32,000 nt of DNA from Oscillospiraceae bacterium (lineage in GTDB: Bacteria; Bacillota; Clostridia; Oscillospirales; Oscillospiraceae), in contig JAFXPO010000020.1 in NCBI GenBank assembly GCA_017527825.1, forward strand, positions 1 through 32,000, given 5' to 3'. The notes beneath the pieces were generated by a model. The model was not told where the DNA came from. It worked only from the letters and a program-made list of their open reading frames with translations, and ran no database searches. Below are positions 15,067-23,612 of this stretch, one piece after another (positions within the stretch are counted from its first letter, which is position 1; each line of letters starts with the position of its first letter). The position numbers and the translations under genes were made by a program.

Positions 15067-15525
15067 ATGGAAATTACCAATACCCTGAATCTGGAACAGG
15101 CCAATGCCCTTTTCGACACAGAGGCGGTATTCATGTGCAGAACCAATGTGATCCCCGAATATAGGGTAGTGGAACTCTTTGGCGATGATATGGCCGAATG
15201 GCTCGACAAATGCTGCCGCCACGACGGATATATGAAAGGCGGCGCGGACTACAACCTCGTGGGCGACACCCACCAAACGATAAGGGTTTTCTATCGGGCG
15301 GGATTTTACAAGATAGCCGGCAAGGCAAACTATAAGCTCACGCTTCAATCGCATCGGAATTGTGACGCTGGAAAGCTGATAGATGCGATTTCAGAGGAAC
15401 GGAGCCAGGAGCTTGCGCGACAGGATGCGGAGTATGAACGTAAGTTGGCGGAGCGCCGTGCAAAGCGAGCGGCAGCGAAAGCAGCCAAGACGCAGGAATC
15501 CTCGGCAGCCTCCAACCAAGGCTGA
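15067..15525 (+). CDS. hypothetical protein (152 aa) with basic Ala/Lys-rich C-terminus
   Basis: GAGGAGG RBS then ATG 15067. The upstream part of the 14665 ORF-track entry is Arg/Pro/Ala-rich frame noise. Confidence 0.65.
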   Translation: MEITNTLNLEQANALFDTEAVFMCRTNVIPEYRVVELFGDDMAEWLDKCCRHDGYMKGGADYNLVGDTHQTIRVFYRAGFYKIAGKANYKLTLQSHRNCDAGKLIDAISEERSQELARQDAEYERKLAERRAKRAAAKAAKTQESSAASNQG

Positions 15526-15585
15526 TACATCGGAATCAGAACACATACCCCGCCCCGGAGGTCACGAGGGCAGAAAGGATTTGAG

Positions 15586-15816
15586 ATGAGCGCGAAGAAC
15601 ACCAAAGAGCAGAGTTACATGATCACAAACGAGCTGGGAACCATCACCGGCAAAATGAGGGCGCTGACCGGCCTCCTTTTTACGATCCACAGCAACATGA
15701 CCGACGGCGGCGACATCGCGGAGTCAGTTTATGTGGCCAGCGGTTACCTCGAACAGCTGGTGCAGGACTTGGAGAACGTCACCGCCGAGGTGCAGGATGC
15801 ACTAAAAGCCGAGTGA
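15586..15816 (+). CDS. hypothetical protein (76 aa)
   Basis: AAAGGA RBS. The composition is protein-like and a terminator hairpin follows. Confidence 0.55.
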   Translation: MSAKNTKEQSYMITNELGTITGKMRALTGLLFTIHSNMTDGGDIAESVYVASGYLEQLVQDLENVTAEVQDALKAE

Positions 15817-15822
15817 GCGCCG

Positions 15823-15869
15823 AGGCGGCGACGGCCCAGCAGGGAGCGAGCGCCGCCTTTCTCCTTTTC
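15823..15869 (+). terminator. rho-independent terminator
   Basis: aggcggcg (15823-15830) pairs with cgccgcct (15851-15858), followed by ttctcctttt. Confidence 0.55.
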
Positions 15870-15933
15870 AGAATAAGCACCCGCCCTCCCTTGTCGACGT
15901 GGCCACGTAGCCCCGGCGGCAGGGGAGGGCTTT

Positions 15934-16266
15934 ATGGTACCGGCAGAGAAATACAGCCTGAAATATAACCGCGAGCGGGAGGGCTTCGTTGTGCAAAGCT
16001 GGCAGCAGCAGAGATGCCCGAACTGTAGCGCACCTTTGAGCGGTTACGATCTGCGCCGCCGAAAGAGCATCGACACAGAGGGCCGCTCCCAGATCGTCTA
16101 TGTGCGCCGCCTCCGATGCGCCGGGTGCGGGAGGCTCCATACCGAAATCCCGGACTTCATGCTGCCATACAAACAGTACACCAAGGCCGCCGTCGAGGAA
16201 GGAAAGACGGGCGGCCCTTCCTGCTGTCCGGCAGACGCGTCGACCATTCGGCGGTGGAAAAAATAA
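15934..16266 (+). CDS. zinc-ribbon protein, DUF6431-like (110 aa)
   Basis: CPNC ... CAGCGRLHTEIPDFMLPYKQY has the two-CxxC pattern typical of DUF6431-type proteins. GGAGGG RBS. Confidence 0.55.
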   Translation: MVPAEKYSLKYNREREGFVVQSWQQQRCPNCSAPLSGYDLRRRKSIDTEGRSQIVYVRRLRCAGCGRLHTEIPDFMLPYKQYTKAAVEEGKTGGPSCCPADASTIRRWKK

Positions 16267-16363
16267 ATACCCACCTACTTTGCCTTTATCCCGACCTGAT
16301 CCTCTGCTACCCTGAACGCGGACGCTCCTGCAGGGCTTCACATCATATTCAGGAGGAATCGGA

Positions 16364-18193
16364 ATGAAGAAATTAATCTCCCTGCTGCTGGCCATGACGC
16401 TGGCGGCGACCTGTGCGCTCCCTGCCGGAGCCGTGGACGATGAAGAAGCCGAGGCCAGCCCAGCCCCGGTCACGGTCACCACGGCGGAGGAACTGCTGGA
16501 GGCAATCGAAGCCGCCGAGGACGGCGATACGATCCTCATAGGAGCCACGATCTGCCCCGCTTTTGGTACAACCATCGGAAGTTCCGAAAAGCGGATAACT
16601 CTCGCAAGAGCCAATGAATTTCGCAACAGTATTATGTTTTCGTGCATCTTTTCAGCGGCGTTTGAAAATTTGACCTTTGACGGAAGCGGTTCTGATGTTC
16701 AATGCCTAACCATTTTTGCGGATGTACATTTTTACGGGGTTACCGTACAGAATACCAACACTTCCGGGATCGTGGTGGCCAGCGGAAACCCAGCATTTGA
16801 GGATTGCACATTCGAAAACAACTCCGCGTCTAAAGGCGGACACCTTCTGATAAAAAGCCGAGCGGGAGCGACAATCAGGAACTCTTCTTTTTTCAATGGC
16901 GCCTCGACAATGCAGGGAGGTGGTGCAATCTCGAATAGTGGTGACCTTAACATTACCGACTGCACTTTTATAGGAAATGCAACAACCGGCAACGGTGGAG
17001 CAATCAGCACATCTGGACGATGCAGGATAGAAGGCTGCACAATAATCGGAAACAGTGCATCCGCCGCAGGTGGGGGAATCCACTGCGTAGGCAGCCTCGA
17101 AATATCCGACAGCGTAATCTACGGAAATACGGCCCAGATGCGCGGCGCAGATATTGCTTCATCCGGCGAATTAGAACTATCCATATCCGGCGACGATTTA
17201 AGCGAGGTTTATCAAATTGAAGGAAGAATGCCGCTCGGCTTCTATTGTGATGCTTCTGATGGGCGCTTCAACGGCGAGACAAATGTGACTGAGAACAAAC
17301 CTCTCCCGATCAGCAAAGAAAGCGGAGTTTTGGATTTAATCTTTGTATTTACAGATGAGATTATTGTCCAAGATGATGAGCAACAGGTAGAGCCAGTGCA
17401 GGAGCCAGATCAACAGGAGCCAGAGGAACCAGCTCAACCTTCGGAGCCGGAAGCGCCCCAAGGGCAGGAGCAGCCGGAAGAACCGGCACAAGAACCCACA
17501 TCGGAGCCGGAGCCTGAACCAGAGCAACCGAGCGCCTCCGTCGCGCCGCCGAGTGTGGTACCGCCGAGCTACACACCCAGCCGAAGCAACACGCGCTCCT
17601 CCGAGGATAGCGTCACTTCGGAATCGGAATCGGAACCGGCACCCGCCCCGGCAGAACAGGCGCAGCCGGAGGCTGCAGCTCCCGCGCTCTCCTGCGGCGG
17701 AGCGGCGCTCGACACGTCGGGCCGTGCCTTCCTCGCTGGGTATGGTGATGGCGTGATCGGCGAGGATGATCCAGTCACCCGCGCCCAGATCGCCCAGATC
17801 ATCTACCGCCTCATGACCGATGAAAGCCGGGAGGCATTACAGACCACAGAGAACAGCTTCGAGGACGTACCCGCCGAGGCATGGTATAACCTCGCCGTCA
17901 GCACGATAGCTCGCGCCGGAATCGTGGTCGGTACCGGCGACGGCTTCCACCCGGAGGGCTACATCACGAGGGCGCAGCTCATCACAATCATGGCCCGGTT
18001 CATCGCCCCGGCAGAACAGGAAAGCAGCTACGCCGACGTGACCGGCCACTGGGCCGAGAGCTTCATCGGAACGGCAGAGGCCGCCGGATGGCTGACCGGC
18101 GGAGGCGACCTCCGTCCGAACGAGTACATTAGCCGCCGCGAGGTCGTGGAGTTCATCAATCACGTTTTCGATCTCTGCGAGGAAGCAGCGTAG
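16364..18193 (+). CDS. secreted cell-surface protein: signal peptide, right-handed beta-helix repeats, Pro/Glu-rich linker, C-terminal SLH domains (609 aa)
   Basis: Signal peptide MKKLISLLLAMTLAATCALPAGA. Repeated GGAI/GN motifs (QGGGAISNSGDLNITDCTFIGNATTGNGGAISTSGRCRIEGCTIIGNSASAAGGGIHC). Linker EPVQEPDQQEPEEPAQPSEPEAP.... SLH-like segments FLAGYGDG...TRAQIAQIIYRL, FEDVPAEAWY...TRAQLITIMARF and YADVTGHWAESFI. Confidence 0.85.
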   Translation: MKKLISLLLAMTLAATCALPAGAVDDEEAEASPAPVTVTTAEELLEAIEAAEDGDTILIGATICPAFGTTIGSSEKRITLARANEFRNSIMFSCIFSAAFENLTFDGSGSDVQCLTIFADVHFYGVTVQNTNTSGIVVASGNPAFEDCTFENNSASKGGHLLIKSRAGATIRNSSFFNGASTMQGGGAISNSGDLNITDCTFIGNATTGNGGAISTSGRCRIEGCTIIGNSASAAGGGIHCVGSLEISDSVIYGNTAQMRGADIASSGELELSISGDDLSEVYQIEGRMPLGFYCDASDGRFNGETNVTENKPLPISKESGVLDLIFVFTDEIIVQDDEQQVEPVQEPDQQEPEEPAQPSEPEAPQGQEQPEEPAQEPTSEPEPEPEQPSASVAPPSVVPPSYTPSRSNTRSSEDSVTSESESEPAPAPAEQAQPEAAAPALSCGGAALDTSGRAFLAGYGDGVIGEDDPVTRAQIAQIIYRLMTDESREALQTTENSFEDVPAEAWYNLAVSTIARAGIVVGTGDGFHPEGYITRAQLITIMARFIAPAEQESSYADVTGHWAESFIGTAEAAGWLTGGGDLRPNEYISRREVVEFINHVFDLCEEAA

Positions 18194-18230
18194 AGCGCCG
18201 GTACCGGCCAGCAGCTCAAAAAAAGGGCCA

Positions 18231-18254
18231 CCTCAATACTTTGCTCAATACTTT
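18231..18254. repeat. arm-type tandem 12-mer (cctcaatacttt gctcaatacttt), right-end copy
   Basis: The 22-bp core at 18232-18253 is identical to 2355-2376. Confidence 0.75.
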
Positions 18255-18304
18255 TGCAAAAATCAAAAATCAGGCAAAAATTGAAGTAGTCAAGAAAATG
18301 AGAA

Positions 18305-18345
18305 AAGCAAACAAAAAGAGCGGTGAAACTTCACGTTTCACCGCT
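18305..18345 (-). terminator. rho-independent terminator for the tRNA operon, encoded inside the element
   Basis: agcggtgaaac (18319-18329) pairs with gtttcaccgct (18335-18345). On the minus strand the hairpin is followed by ctttttgtttgc. It lies 8 nt downstream of the tRNA-Thr 3' end. Confidence 0.6.
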
Positions 18346-18352
18346 CAAATGT

Positions 18353-18428
<76 letters not shown>

Positions 18429-18431
18429 AAA

Positions 18432-18508
<77 letters not shown>

Positions 18509-18540
18509 ATTACGCTGCGGTCGTTTGATGACCGAGGTGT

Positions 18541-18570
18541 ATCCTAACACATTGTGCCCGGAAATGTCAA
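18541..18570 (-). promoter_or_regulatory. promoter candidate of the tRNA-Asp/tRNA-Thr operon
   Basis: On the minus strand: TTGACA (18565-18570), 18 nt, TAGGAT (18541-18546), with TG at the extended -10 position. An A/T-rich UP-like tract lies upstream (18575-18600). Confidence 0.55.
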
Positions 18571-18651
18571 GCGTTTTTTGAGAAAAAAAGAAAAAATTTG
18601 TGAAGCGCCGCCAAGGCGTGCCTAAAAAGGGCGTACTGTCGGGTTCGATGG

Positions 18652-18680
18652 TTTACAACGGGGGCAGCGTGTGGTATACT
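18652..18680 (+). promoter_or_regulatory. birA promoter candidate
   Basis: TTTACA (18652-18657), 17 nt, TATACT (18675-18680), with a TGg extended -10. Confidence 0.5.
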
Positions 18681-18712
18681 AACGCAAAATCAAAGAACGG
18701 GAGCGGTGCGGT

Positions 18713-19714
18713 ATGAGCAAGGAAACAGTACTGAAGCTGTTGCAGGACAGCCGCGGGGGCTACGTCTCCGGCGAGGGCATCAGCGCGCAGCTGGGCATCA
18801 CGCGGGCGGCGGTGTGGAAGGCGGTCAAGGGTCTGCAGCGGGACGGCTACGACATCGAGTCTCGCAAAAGCCGGGGCTATCGGCTGATGGACGCGCCCGA
18901 CCGCCTGAGCGAGACCGCGATCCGCGCACGGCTGGGACAGGTGAAGCTGGTGGGGCGGACGCTGGTTTGCTTCGAACGCATCGACTCCACCAACGCGTAC
19001 TTGAAGCGCGCCGCCTCCGAGGGCGTGGTGGACGGCACCGTCGCCGTGGCGGATGAGCAGACCGGCGGGCGCGGCCGCCGCGGGCGCAGCTTCCAGAGTC
19101 CCGCGGGCAAGGGCATCTATCTTTCGGCGTTGCTGCGACCTCCGGTGGAGCCGAACCGTCTGCTGCCCATCACGGGTTACGTCGCCGTGGCGATGTGCAA
19201 TGCCGTGGAGCGCGTGGCGTTTGTGCGCCCGCGCATCAAGTGGGCGAACGACCTCGTCCTCGGCGGCCGGAAGCTCTGCGGTATCCTGACGGAGCTGAGC
19301 ATGGAGGGCGAGAGCGGCGCGCTGCAATACGTCATCGTGGGCATCGGCATGAACGTCGCCCAGACGAGGGAGGACTTCGCGGGTGAGCTGGAGAGCATCG
19401 CCACGTCGCTGAATCTGGAAACAGGGCGGGAAATTTCCCGCGCGGCGCTGGCGGCGGCGATGATTGAGGAGCTGGACGCGCTGTATCAGGCGCTGCTGCG
19501 CCACCGGCTCACGCCGTATCTGGAGCAGTACCGCGCGGACTGCCTGACCATCGGGCAGCAGGTGCAGCTGCTGTGGGAGGACGTACACGAGAAGGTACTC
19601 GCAACCGGCGTGGACGAGAACCTCGGTCTGGAGGTGCTGCGCGGGAACGGCGCGAAGGATGTGATCCGCACCGGTGAGGTTTCCGTGCGCGGACTTTATG
19701 GATATGTGGAGTAA
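18713..19714 (+). CDS. birA: bifunctional biotin-[acetyl-CoA-carboxylase] ligase / biotin operon repressor
   Basis: N-terminal winged HTH (YVSGEGISAQLGITRAAVWKAVKGLQRDGYDIES) and the ligase motif GGRGRRGRSFQSPAGKGIYLS. Confidence 0.9.
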   Translation: MSKETVLKLLQDSRGGYVSGEGISAQLGITRAAVWKAVKGLQRDGYDIESRKSRGYRLMDAPDRLSETAIRARLGQVKLVGRTLVCFERIDSTNAYLKRAASEGVVDGTVAVADEQTGGRGRRGRSFQSPAGKGIYLSALLRPPVEPNRLLPITGYVAVAMCNAVERVAFVRPRIKWANDLVLGGRKLCGILTELSMEGESGALQYVIVGIGMNVAQTREDFAGELESIATSLNLETGREISRAALAAAMIEELDALYQALLRHRLTPYLEQYRADCLTIGQQVQLLWEDVHEKVLATGVDENLGLEVLRGNGAKDVIRTGEVSVRGLYGYVE

Positions 19715-19720
19715 CTTGAA

Positions 19721-20272
19721 ATGAAGCAACTGCTGATTTTGTTTCTCACCTTTGCCAAGGTCGGCGTGATGACCTTCGGCGGCGGCTACGCGATGCTGCC
19801 GATCTTGCAGCGTGAGATCGTGGAAAACAAGGGCTGGGCGACCGAGGAGGAGCTGGCGGACTACTTCGCCATCGGGCAGTGCACCCCCGGCGTGATCGCT
19901 GTCAACACCGCCACGTTCATCGGACGCAAGCGCTTTGGCATTGCGGGTGGCGTCGTCGCCACGCTGGGCGTGGTGTTTCCGTCGCTGATCATAATCTCGC
20001 TGCTGGCAGGGGTTATCACGCAGTTTTCGGAACTTGCGTGGGTGAAGAATGCCTTCGCGGGCGTCCGCGTCTGCGTCTGCGTGCTGATTGCCAACGCCGT
20101 GTGGAAGCTGGGAAAAAAATCCATCGTGGACAAGTGGACGGCGGGCATCTTTCTCGTCATCGCCGCTGCGGCAATCCTGACGGACTGGTCGCCGGTGGTG
20201 TTCGTGCTGTTCGCGGGCGTATGCGGCGTCGTGCTGCAAGTGCTGCTCAGGAAAGGGGCTGCGGCGAAGTGA
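19721..20272 (+). CDS. chromate transporter family protein (short CHR, first of a pair)
   Basis: FAKVGVMTFGGGYAMLPILQREIVENKGWATEEELADYFAIGQCTPGVIAVNTATFIG. Confidence 0.85.
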   Translation: MKQLLILFLTFAKVGVMTFGGGYAMLPILQREIVENKGWATEEELADYFAIGQCTPGVIAVNTATFIGRKRFGIAGGVVATLGVVFPSLIIISLLAGVITQFSELAWVKNAFAGVRVCVCVLIANAVWKLGKKSIVDKWTAGIFLVIAAAAILTDWSPVVFVLFAGVCGVVLQVLLRKGAAAK

Positions 20273-20844
20273 TCTATTTGCGCCTCTTTTGGGAGTTTTT
20301 CAAGGCCGGACTCTTCGCTGTGGGCGGTGGCATGGCGACCTTACCGTTTCTCTACGACATCTCTGACCGCACCGGCTGGTTTACCCACGCCCAGCTTGCC
20401 GACATGGTGGCGGTGTCCGAGTCCACGCCCGGTCCCATCGGCGTGAACATGGCGACTTACGTCGGCTTTCTCACCGGCGGACACGTCGGCGGCATGGCAA
20501 CCGGCATCCTCGGCGCGGCGGTGGCAACACTCGGACTGATTACGCCCAGTATTATTGTAATCTTAATCGTCTCTGCGTTTTTAGAAAGGTTCCGCTCCAG
20601 CAGATATGTCAGCGGCGCGTTCTACGGCTTGCGGCCTGCGTCCACGGCGATGATCCTCGCCGCGCTGGTGATGGTGGTGAAGGCGACGTTCCTGCCCGCC
20701 GTGGGGGCGGCGTTTGACTGGCGACTGCCGGCGCTGGCGGTGGTATTGCTGGTGCTGACGAACACGGCGGGGAAGAAGCTGCATCCCATTGTGTTCATCC
20801 TCGCCTCCGCCGTGGCGGGCGCAGTGCTGGGGCTGGCGGGCTGA
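20269..20844 (+). CDS. chromate transporter family protein (short CHR, second of a pair)
   Basis: GTG 20269 overlaps the preceding stop (GTGA). Translation FFKAGLFAVGGGMATLPFLYDISDRTGWFTHAQLADMVAVSESTPGPIGVNMATYVGF. Confidence 0.8.
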   Translation: MIYLRLFWEFFKAGLFAVGGGMATLPFLYDISDRTGWFTHAQLADMVAVSESTPGPIGVNMATYVGFLTGGHVGGMATGILGAAVATLGLITPSIIVILIVSAFLERFRSSRYVSGAFYGLRPASTAMILAALVMVVKATFLPAVGAAFDWRLPALAVVLLVLTNTAGKKLHPIVFILASAVAGAVLGLAG

Positions 20845-20922
20845 AGCGCGTCAGAGAGGCTTACCCGCCCTGGCGGAAACTGAAAGCACACGCGTCCGAC
20901 GGTGGACGCCGCCGTTCCCGGT

Positions 20923-20960
20923 TTGAAAAAGAGCAGCGCCGCCCGAAGAGGACGGCGCTG
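20923..20960 (-). terminator. rho-independent terminator of udk
   Basis: cagcgccg (20934-20941) pairs with cggcgctg (20953-20960). On the minus strand ctctttttc follows. It starts 3 nt after the udk stop. Confidence 0.65.
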
Positions 20961-20963
20961 CGT

Positions 20964-21599
20964 TTATACGTTTTCTGTGAGCACGTCGGTGGTGGCGATG
21001 TGGTTTTCGATACGCTGCATGATCATATCCAGCGCCACGAGGTTGCGCCCGCCTTCGAGCACGATGATGTCGGCAAACTTGCGGGTCGGCTCCACGAACT
21101 GCTCGTGCATGGGCTTGACCGTGGTGAGGTACTGGGTGACGACGCTCTCCAGCGTCCGACCGCGGTCGCGCACGTCGCGCAGGGCGCGGCGCAGGATGCG
21201 AACGTCGGCGTCGGTCTCCACGAAGATCTTGATGTCCAGCATCTCCCGCAGCACAGGGTGGTGGAAGATGAGGATGCCCTCGACGATGATGACCTTGGAC
21301 GGACGCACCAGCTCGGTTTCGTCGCTGCGCTGATGCTCGGAATAGTTGTAAATCGGCACGCGCACGGATTTGCCCGCCTTCAGCGCGCGCAGATGCTCGA
21401 CGAGCATGGGCGTGTCGAAGGCGTCGGGGTGGTCGTAATTGGTCTTGCAGCGCTCCTCAAAGGGGATATCCTGACGCTTGTAATAGCTGTCGTGATGAAT
21501 GACGGTGATATCCTGACCGAAGTGCTGTTGCAGATGCTCGGTCAGTGTGGTTTTGCCCGAACCGGTTCCGCCGGCAATGCCGATAAACATGACGCTCAT
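20964..21599 (-). CDS. udk: uridine kinase
   Basis: P-loop IGIAGGTGSGKTT, then HDSYYK...NYDHPDAFD...VIIVEGILIF...IKIFVETDADVRILRR. Confidence 0.95.
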   Translation of the reverse strand: MSVMFIGIAGGTGSGKTTLTEHLQQHFGQDITVIHHDSYYKRQDIPFEERCKTNYDHPDAFDTPMLVEHLRALKAGKSVRVPIYNYSEHQRSDETELVRPSKVIIVEGILIFHHPVLREMLDIKIFVETDADVRILRRALRDVRDRGRTLESVVTQYLTTVKPMHEQFVEPTRKFADIIVLEGGRNLVALDMIMQRIENHIATTDVLTENV

Positions 21600-21753
21600 T
21601 CCGTACCCTCCCGGATTTTTTTCCCATTATATGGGAAACTATCCCAAAAATCAAGCCCGGTCGAAATTTCTGCGCAAGATATGGTTGACGGCGGTGAAAA
21701 AAGTGGTATTATGTAAAATGAAAGACAGTCGCCCAAAGGAGGGCTTTGACGAT

Positions 21754-22725
21754 ATGGAGTACAACAGAGAGCTCATCAAGTGCCCGCAGTGCGGCGAGCG
21801 GTATTCCTCCAGCTATGCAAGCTGCCCGTTCTGTGAGGAGGACGGGGAGCCGGAGGGCGCGCGGAGCAACCGCCGCCATGTGGCGGATCACCACGCCGGA
21901 CAGTCCGCCCGCGGCGGATTGATCATGGTGCTGGTACTGGTTCTGGTGCTGCTGAGTTGGTATCTGTTTATCGGCAATCACTACCGCCGCGGGAAGGATA
22001 CGACGCCCGTTACCGATACGGAAACCGTCGCGCCCGCAGATGACAGCGTTCCCGCCTCCGCGCCCGCTCAGTCGGATATGGAGGGGGAGGCGCCTGCCGA
22101 TACGCCGGAGGAGATCGCCGCACCGGAGGAAAGCGCCGCGCCGCAGGAGAACGTGGACGTGTCCGGCGCGAAGCTCAACCGGGAGGATTTCACCCTCAGC
22201 GTCAAAGGGGAGACGTATACCGTCAAACTCAGCGGCACGGAGGCGATGCCGCGCTGGAGCATTGACAATCCCAACGTCGCCACCATCACCGGGGACGGCA
22301 CCGTCACCGCCGTTGCCAACGGCAACACGACGATCCACTGCAAGGTCGGTTCCCGCGACCTCACCTGCACGGTGCGTGTGCGCGGCACCGGCACTTTCGC
22401 AGCGGAGGCGGACGCGCCCATGATCGCGGAGCCGATCACACCCGTTGCGCCGCCGCAGCCCGCTTCCACACCCGCCTCCACGCCCGCGTCGAGCGTGGAC
22501 GTGTCCGGCGCGAAGCTCAACCGGGAGGATTTCACCCTCAGCCGGGGTGAGAAGTTCACCATGAAGGTCAGCGGCACGGAGGCGACGCCGCAGTGGGACA
22601 TCGACAACCCCAACGTGGCGGTCATCACCGAGGACGGCGCCGTCACCGGTGTGGGCGCCGGCACGACGACGATCCACTGCAAGGTCGGGACACGCGATCT
22701 GACCTGTATCGTCCGCGTACAGTAA
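21754..22725 (+). CDS. membrane protein: N-terminal zinc ribbon, one TM helix, two Big_2-like Ig domains (323 aa)
   Basis: AAAGGAGGG RBS then ATG 21754. Zinc ribbon CPQCGERYSSSYASCPFC. TM helix GGLIMVLVLVLVLLSWYLFI. Two copies of VDVSGAKLNREDFTLS...W.IDNPNVA.IT.DG.VT......TTIHCKVG.RDLTC.VRV. Confidence 0.8.
   Translation: MEYNRELIKCPQCGERYSSSYASCPFCEEDGEPEGARSNRRHVADHHAGQSARGGLIMVLVLVLVLLSWYLFIGNHYRRGKDTTPVTDTETVAPADDSVPASAPAQSDMEGEAPADTPEEIAAPEESAAPQENVDVSGAKLNREDFTLSVKGETYTVKLSGTEAMPRWSIDNPNVATITGDGTVTAVANGNTTIHCKVGSRDLTCTVRVRGTGTFAAEADAPMIAEPITPVAPPQPASTPASTPASSVDVSGAKLNREDFTLSRGEKFTMKVSGTEATPQWDIDNPNVAVITEDGAVTGVGAGTTTIHCKVGTRDLTCIVRVQ
22152..22542. repeat. intragenic direct repeat (49-bp identical blocks 22152-22200 and 22494-22542, plus a further 23-bp identical block)
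   Basis: cgtggacgtgtccggcgcgaagctcaaccgggaggatttcaccctcagc occurs twice. It marks the starts of the two Ig-like domains. Confidence 0.85.
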
Positions 22726-22730
22726 CCCGA

Positions 22731-22760
22731 AAAGCACGGCAGACATGCCGTGCTTTTTTT
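22731..22760 (+). terminator. rho-independent terminator
   Basis: aaagcacggc (22731-22740), loop agacat, gccgtgcttt (22747-22756), running into a T-run. Confidence 0.8.
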
Positions 22761-22823
22761 GCCTTGCAACTGAGACGCAAGTGTGCTATCTTATGGTAGA
22801 ACTATTATGTATAAGGGAGCAGT

Positions 22824-23612
22824 ATGGATAGGAAGACCCTGCTGGATCGCGCTGCGCGGGACGCGGAGAGCCGCGTGCTGCTGGCGCATGTGCTGGATAA
22901 GGCGGAGCAGTGCCGCGCGCGGAACATGCCCACGCATACAGATTTTCTCAGCCCTGCTGAGCTGCGGGACGCCACGGAGCTGCTGCACGCGGCAAAGCTC
23001 CACGACGGCTGGGCGGCGGTTGGCGGCTATGACCGGGCGGAGCGGCGGATGCTCTGCTTCCTGCCGGATTGGCAGGAGGAGCCTGACCTCGCGGACTGCC
23101 TGTCGGCGCTGCGCGTGCGCTATCGCGCGGAGGAGGGCATCACCCACCGCGACCTGCTGGGGAGCCTGATGGCGCTGGGCGTGGTACGCGCGAAGCTGGG
23201 GGATATTCTGGTTTCGGAGTCCTCGGCGGACGTGATCGTCTGTGCCGACGCGGCGGAGTACCTGCTGCGGGAGTGGACGGGCGCGGGGCACGCGAAGCTC
23301 GCGGCGGAGCGGATCGAGCCGGACGAGCTGGCGGTGCCGGAGTTGAAGGTGAAGGAAATCCGTGACACGGTGGCGACGCTGCGGCTCGACGCGGTGGCGT
23401 CCACGGGTTTTGCCATGAGCCGCGCGAAGGCGGCGGAGCTGATCGTCTCCGGGCGGGTGCAACTCAACCATCGGGAGACGGTGAAGCCGGACGCGCCGGT
23501 GGCGCAGGGCGACGTTGTCTCGGCGCGGGGACTGGGCAAATTCGAGCTGGCGGAGGTCGGCGGCTTGAGCAAGAAGGGAAGAACGGCGATCTGCGTTCGC
23601 AGGTATTTGTAA
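22824..23612 (+). CDS. ylmH: YlmH-like RNA-binding S4-domain protein
   Basis: The N-terminus LLAHVLDKAEQCRARNMPTHTDFLSPAE is typical of YlmH. C-terminal S4 domain LRLDAVASTGFAMSRAKAAELIVSGRVQLNHRETVKPDAPVAQGDVVSARGLGKF. Confidence 0.7.
   Translation: MDRKTLLDRAARDAESRVLLAHVLDKAEQCRARNMPTHTDFLSPAELRDATELLHAAKLHDGWAAVGGYDRAERRMLCFLPDWQEEPDLADCLSALRVRYRAEEGITHRDLLGSLMALGVVRAKLGDILVSESSADVIVCADAAEYLLREWTGAGHAKLAAERIEPDELAVPELKVKEIRDTVATLRLDAVASTGFAMSRAKAAELIVSGRVQLNHRETVKPDAPVAQGDVVSARGLGKFELAEVGGLSKKGRTAICVRRYL

Noticed and set aside
17372-17600. Short repetitive gagcc(a/g)ga-type units that look superficially like a repeat array.
   Set aside because: They lie in-frame inside the surface-protein gene and encode the Pro/Glu-rich linker. 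The units are irregular and have no spacers, so this is not CRISPR-like.
18650-18658. ggtttacaa upstream of birA resembles one half of a Firmicutes BirA operator (TGTAAAC-N-GTTTACA).
   Set aside because: I found no matching left half-site at the expected spacing. The motif coincides with the -35 hexamer of the birA promoter candidate.
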